From Patescibacteria group bacterium (lineage in GTDB: Bacteria; Patescibacteriota; Microgenomatia; Daviesbacterales; UBA10151): a stretch of DNA of 64,000 bases. The position numbers were made by a program, and so were the translations under genes. Below, piece by piece: positions 60,640 to 64,000 of this stretch. Numbering within the stretch: the stretch's first letter is position 1; every line of letters begins with the position of its first letter. The DNA lies in NCBI GenBank assembly GCA_943356485.1, contig CALRFD010000002.1, positions 136,156 through 200,155 on the forward strand, given 5' to 3'. Below the pieces are notes generated by a model. It saw only the letters and a program-made list of their open reading frames with translations. It had not been told where the DNA came from and did no database searches.

Positions 60640-62019
60640 TCAGGTTTTAATATGGGATCCTTGCGGAGTATCTTCAACTTCATATCCTAATTTTTTAATC
60701 TCTTTTCTTAATTTATCCGACTGCTCAAAGTTTCCTTTTTTTCTGGATTCCTCCCTTTTTTCAACTAATTTCATAACTTCTTCCGGTATTTCTATTTGTT
60801 TCCCTATATATTGATCCAATCCTAATCCCAGGATTTTATCCATCTTTAAAATTGTGGCTGATTTACTAGCTGTTGGATAACTTGCATGTATCATCTCCCA
60901 AAGTTGTCCAACAGCTTGTGGTATATTTAAGTCACTGTTGGCAGCCTCAACAAACTTCTGCCAAAATTGGTCTATAACCTCCTTAGGTTGTTCCCAAGCT
61001 CTAATCTCTTCTCTTAAATTATTTAAAGCATTCTGAGCGGCCTGCAAAGATTGCCAGGTAAAATTTATCTTATCCCGATAATGGGCGGTTAAAAACAGGT
61101 ACCTTAAAGCCAGAGGCTCAAACCCTTTGTCAATAATTTCCTCAATACGGTAGAAATTCTTTTTCGATTTACTCATCTTCTCCCCGTCAACCTGCAGAAA
61201 ATTATGATGCACCCAAAATCTAACAAATGTTTTTCCGCTTGCCCCCTCTGACTGAGCAATTTCATTTGTATGATGAACTGGAATATGGTCAATCCCTCCT
61301 GTATGAATATCCAGGCTATCCCCCAAATACTCCATACTCATGGCTGAACATTCTATGTGCCACCCGGGAAACCCTTCACCCCAGGGAGATGACCACTTCA
61401 TTGAATGGTCAGCAAAATGACCTACAGTGAAAAACCAAAGAGCAAAGTCTTGCGGGTTTTTCTTCTGTTTATCTACCACTACCTCAGCTCTTGCTCCAAT
61501 TTGTTTTTCTTCCAGTCTTTGCCCGGATAGCTTTGTATAGTCAGGAAATTTTGAGATATCAAAATAAATCGCCTCCGGAGTTTGATAGATAAAACCGTTT
61601 TTTTCCAATCTTTGTATCAACTTAATCTGTTCCTTTATATGATCTGTCGCCTTAGCAACTACACTTGGCCGCTCAATATTAACTGCCTCTGTAGATTTCC
61701 AGAAATAATCTTCATAAAATTTAGCTACCTCCCAAACCGTTCTTCCGGATTCTCTTGCCCCTTTTTCCATCTTATCTTCTCCCGAGTCTTCATCAGAAAC
61801 TAAGTGACCGACATCAGTAATATTCATCACATGTTTAACTTCATATTCATCCATTTCCAAAACCCTTCTTAAAATATCATCTCCTATATATTTCCTAAGA
61901 TGTCCAATATGTGTATAGTCATAAACCGTCGGGCCGCAAGCATACATTCCCACTTTAGGTGGATTTAGCGGTATAAAGTTTTCAATCTTACGCGATAAAG
62001 TATTATAAAGTCTTAACAT
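60640..62019 (-). CDS. cysS: cysteine--tRNA ligase
   Basis: CGPTVY..HIGH, PGWHIECSAM, KMSKS. Confidence 0.97.
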   Translation of the reverse strand: MLRLYNTLSRKIENFIPLNPPKVGMYACGPTVYDYTHIGHLRKYIGDDILRRVLEMDEYEVKHVMNITDVGHLVSDEDSGEDKMEKGARESGRTVWEVAKFYEDYFWKSTEAVNIERPSVVAKATDHIKEQIKLIQRLEKNGFIYQTPEAIYFDISKFPDYTKLSGQRLEEKQIGARAEVVVDKQKKNPQDFALWFFTVGHFADHSMKWSSPWGEGFPGWHIECSAMSMEYLGDSLDIHTGGIDHIPVHHTNEIAQSEGASGKTFVRFWVHHNFLQVDGEKMSKSKKNFYRIEEIIDKGFEPLALRYLFLTAHYRDKINFTWQSLQAAQNALNNLREEIRAWEQPKEVIDQFWQKFVEAANSDLNIPQAVGQLWEMIHASYPTASKSATILKMDKILGLGLDQYIGKQIEIPEEVMKLVEKREESRKKGNFEQSDKLRKEIKKLGYEVEDTPQGSHIKT

Positions 62020-62438
62020 TATCCTCCCATTCCTCCTTTTTTCTCATGTTTACCAACAAATGCCAAAGCCGGATTTTCTTTAACAGCTGTCTGCTGCATT
62101 TGCATCTGTTTTTTCTGCTGCTGCTCCTGCACTTGAGCATGAATTCTTTCCTTTTCTTTTTGCTCATTCTCCGCTCTTACCTTATTTTGTTCTGTCTCTA
62201 GATTTTTAAACCATTGCCTGGTATAGGCAAGTTTTTGTTGTGTCTCAACCTGCTCTTTTTGAGCATTCTGTTGCTGTTGTTGAATTTGCTGGGGAGTGAG
62301 TTGAGAAGATGCCGCAGTTTGAGCCCCTTGTTCTGCTGCCTGCATTCCAGATTCTATAACATCTCCTGCTACTTCTTTTACAACCTCTACCGCCTCCCCT
62401 GTTATTTGTCCTATTGCGCCCATTACAGAATTAGCCAT
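62019..62438 (-). CDS. hypothetical Gln-rich coiled-coil protein (probable start 62438)
   Basis: TATAAT 6 nt before ATG 62438; the upstream extension runs through repeat DNA. Confidence 0.65.
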   Translation of the reverse strand: MANSVMGAIGQITGEAVEVVKEVAGDVIESGMQAAEQGAQTAASSQLTPQQIQQQQQNAQKEQVETQQKLAYTRQWFKNLETEQNKVRAENEQKEKERIHAQVQEQQQKKQMQMQQTAVKENPALAFVGKHEKKGGMGG

Positions 62439-62455
62439 GACTGTATTATAAATAA

Positions 62456-62556
62456 CCAAGTATCTAAGTAACAAGTAACAAACAAGTTCAAATATCAAAT
62501 TTTTAAATGTTTAAAATTTGGTTATCGTTTGGAATACTTGGAATCTTGTATCTTGG
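62456..62556. repeat. imperfect inverted repeat built of 7-8-nt CAAG/CAAA units
   Basis: left CCAAGTATCTAAGTAACAAGTAACAAAC..., right ...GTTTGGAATACTTGGAATCTTGTATCTTGG, central hairpin. Confidence 0.7.
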
Positions 62557-62561
62557 AAAGC

Positions 62562-63158
62562 TTAATATTCATTTCTTCCTTCCAGCGCCCTGGACAAAGT
62601 TGTTTGGTCTGCGTATTCTATATCTGAGCCAACCGGTAAACCTCTTGCTATCCGCGTTATCTTAATACCTAGTGGTGAAATAAGTCTTTGGATATACATC
62701 GCAGTTGCTTCCCCTTCCATTGTTGGATTAGTTGCAAGTATTATTTCTTTTACTCTTTCATCTTTAAGCCTTGGCAGTATCTCTCTTATATGCAACTCAT
62801 CCGGTCCAATATTTTCCAGCGGGGAAATAACCCCATGTAAAACATGGTATAGCGCCTTAAAATTGGCCTTTTCTAAAGCTAAAACATCAAGGGGATTTTC
62901 TACCACCATAATTATGGATTGATCGCGTACGGGATCTGTACAGATATTACAGGAATCCGATTCCCCAATATTAAAACAGGTTGAGCAGATAATGATTTTT
63001 TCTTTCATTTCTACTGCTGCATCAGCTAGTTTTTTCGATTCCTCAATTGGGGCATGCAGTAGATAAAAGGTTAACCGCTCAGCTGTTTTGGGACCAATTC
63101 CGGGCAATCTTTCAAAAGCCTCTATTAAATTTTGGATTGGTTTTGGGACGGTTGCCAT
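62562..63158 (-). CDS. recR: recombination mediator RecR
   Basis: LPGIGPKTA, C4 zinc finger, YHVLHG, ATNPTMEGEATA, GLPVG. Confidence 0.97.
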   Translation of the reverse strand: MATVPKPIQNLIEAFERLPGIGPKTAERLTFYLLHAPIEESKKLADAAVEMKEKIIICSTCFNIGESDSCNICTDPVRDQSIIMVVENPLDVLALEKANFKALYHVLHGVISPLENIGPDELHIREILPRLKDERVKEIILATNPTMEGEATAMYIQRLISPLGIKITRIARGLPVGSDIEYADQTTLSRALEGRNEY

Positions 63159-63190
63159 GATTAGTGGATTTTAGCATCTAAGCTTCCCTT

Positions 63191-63568
63191 TGTCATTCTG
63201 AACGATCAGTGAAGAATCTCTCACGGATGTGAGATACTTCTAATTATGCCCTACTATGTATATATCCTGACAAATAAATCTAATACACTTTATGTAGGTG
63301 TAACTAATAATATAGATCGCAGAATACATGAACACTCAACAAAAACAAATCACTTTACAAGCAAATACAATATAAATAAATTAATCTACTATCAAGAATT
63401 TAATCAGGTTTTGGATGCAATAAATGCTGAAAAGAAGATTAAAGGCTGGACAAGAAAAAAGAAAATACAACTAATAAAATCGATTAACCCTGAATTTAAG
63501 AATCTTTTAGATGGAATCTGACATAAAGTCAGAGATCCTTCGTCCGCCTCTGGTGGACTCAGGATGAC
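63191..63568 (+). mobile_element. GIY-YIG nuclease gene flanked by inverted REP-like repeats, inserted between ybaB and recR
   Basis: left GTCATTCTGA...GAAGAATCT (63192-63219); right AGATCCTTC...TCAGGATGAC (63533-63568); opposite strand to the flanking genes. Confidence 0.7.
63246..63521 (+). CDS. small GIY-YIG nuclease (UPF0213-like)
   Basis: YYVYIL, LYVGVTNN..RR..EH, FTSKY, AI..EKKIKGW.RKKK..LI...NP. Confidence 0.92.
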   Translation: MPYYVYILTNKSNTLYVGVTNNIDRRIHEHSTKTNHFTSKYNINKLIYYQEFNQVLDAINAEKKIKGWTRKKKIQLIKSINPEFKNLLDGI

Positions 63569-63579
63569 TCCTTCGCTCG

Positions 63580-63858
63580 TCACATCCCCGGGATGCCCAT
63601 ACCACCCATCATTGGTTTCATCTCATCTGCTGCAACTTTTTGGGATTGTTTTAATGCTTCATTAACAGCTTCTGTAATTTTTCCAAAATCGCCGTCCCCA
63701 GAGATGGAAACTACTTTTTGATCTGCGGTCATTACAACTGTAACCCCTTTATGCTCCACAGTAATCTTGATTCCACCTAACTTTTTTTGAATTTCCATTG
63801 CCTGGTCTCGCATCTTCTTAAGATCACCCAGCTGTTTTAGATTGTCCATGAAACCCAT
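63580..63858 (-). CDS. ybaB: YbaB/EbfC nucleoid-associated protein (probable start 63858)
   Basis: QA.EIQKKL, VTVVMTADQKV, AVNEAL; next to recR; TATAAT 6 nt before the ATG. Confidence 0.85.
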   Translation of the reverse strand: MGFMDNLKQLGDLKKMRDQAMEIQKKLGGIKITVEHKGVTVVMTADQKVVSISGDGDFGKITEAVNEALKQSQKVAADEMKPMMGGMGIPGM

Positions 63859-63909
63859 AACAGTATTATACAAAAATTGGGTCAATAAACAATAGCTATA
63901 AAATTAAGA

Positions 63910-63999
63910 TTAATTACTTGAATTTAACTGTTTTATTAAGTTTCTTTTTGTAGATGCGAGGCGCCTACTCACATTTCTAATATGCATCTGCCTATCATC
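63910..63999 (-). CDS. 3' end of a gene cut by the window edge
   Basis: open frame DDRQMHIRNVSRRLASTKRNLIKQLNSSN* running off the window. Confidence 0.35.
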   Translation of the reverse strand, partial: DDRQMHIRNVSRRLASTKRNLIKQLNSSN

Positions 64000-64000
64000 C

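Noticed and set aside
63945-63991. GTAGATGC...GCATCTGC inverted repeat at the window end
   Set aside because: It lies within a probable truncated CDS and has a long loop; no further support.

Overview
AT-rich bacterial chromosome segment (code 11). Gene content and style suggest Patescibacteria/CPR, probably Microgenomates; this is an inference, not a search result. It holds housekeeping genes (ychF, msrB, an RpoD-like sigma, glnA, a DEAD-box helicase, trhO, lemA, gdhA, cmk, rarA, cysS, recR, ybaB), envelope and surface genes (algI/algJ, two polysaccharide deacetylases, a GT-C glycosyltransferase, three prepilin-like PsbP-fold proteins, a GH25-holin-like fusion) and an 18-kb de novo purine cluster that lacks purD/purK but has two archaeal-type PurP paralogues. 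No rRNA, tRNA, CRISPR array or integrase was seen. Three hidden patterns stand out. (1) Several families of short palindromic or heptamer repeats occur around a solo GIY-YIG nuclease, between genes, and in frame inside conserved proteins (RarA, PurH, GdhA, Fic, YchF). (2) Two integrase-free toxin-type cassettes (Fic; RelE-HTH) are each bracketed by a duplicated, synonymously diverged 3' end of a core gene (ychF; purA). (3) Most transcription units have a -10 box 5-9 nt before the start codon, implying leaderless mRNAs.
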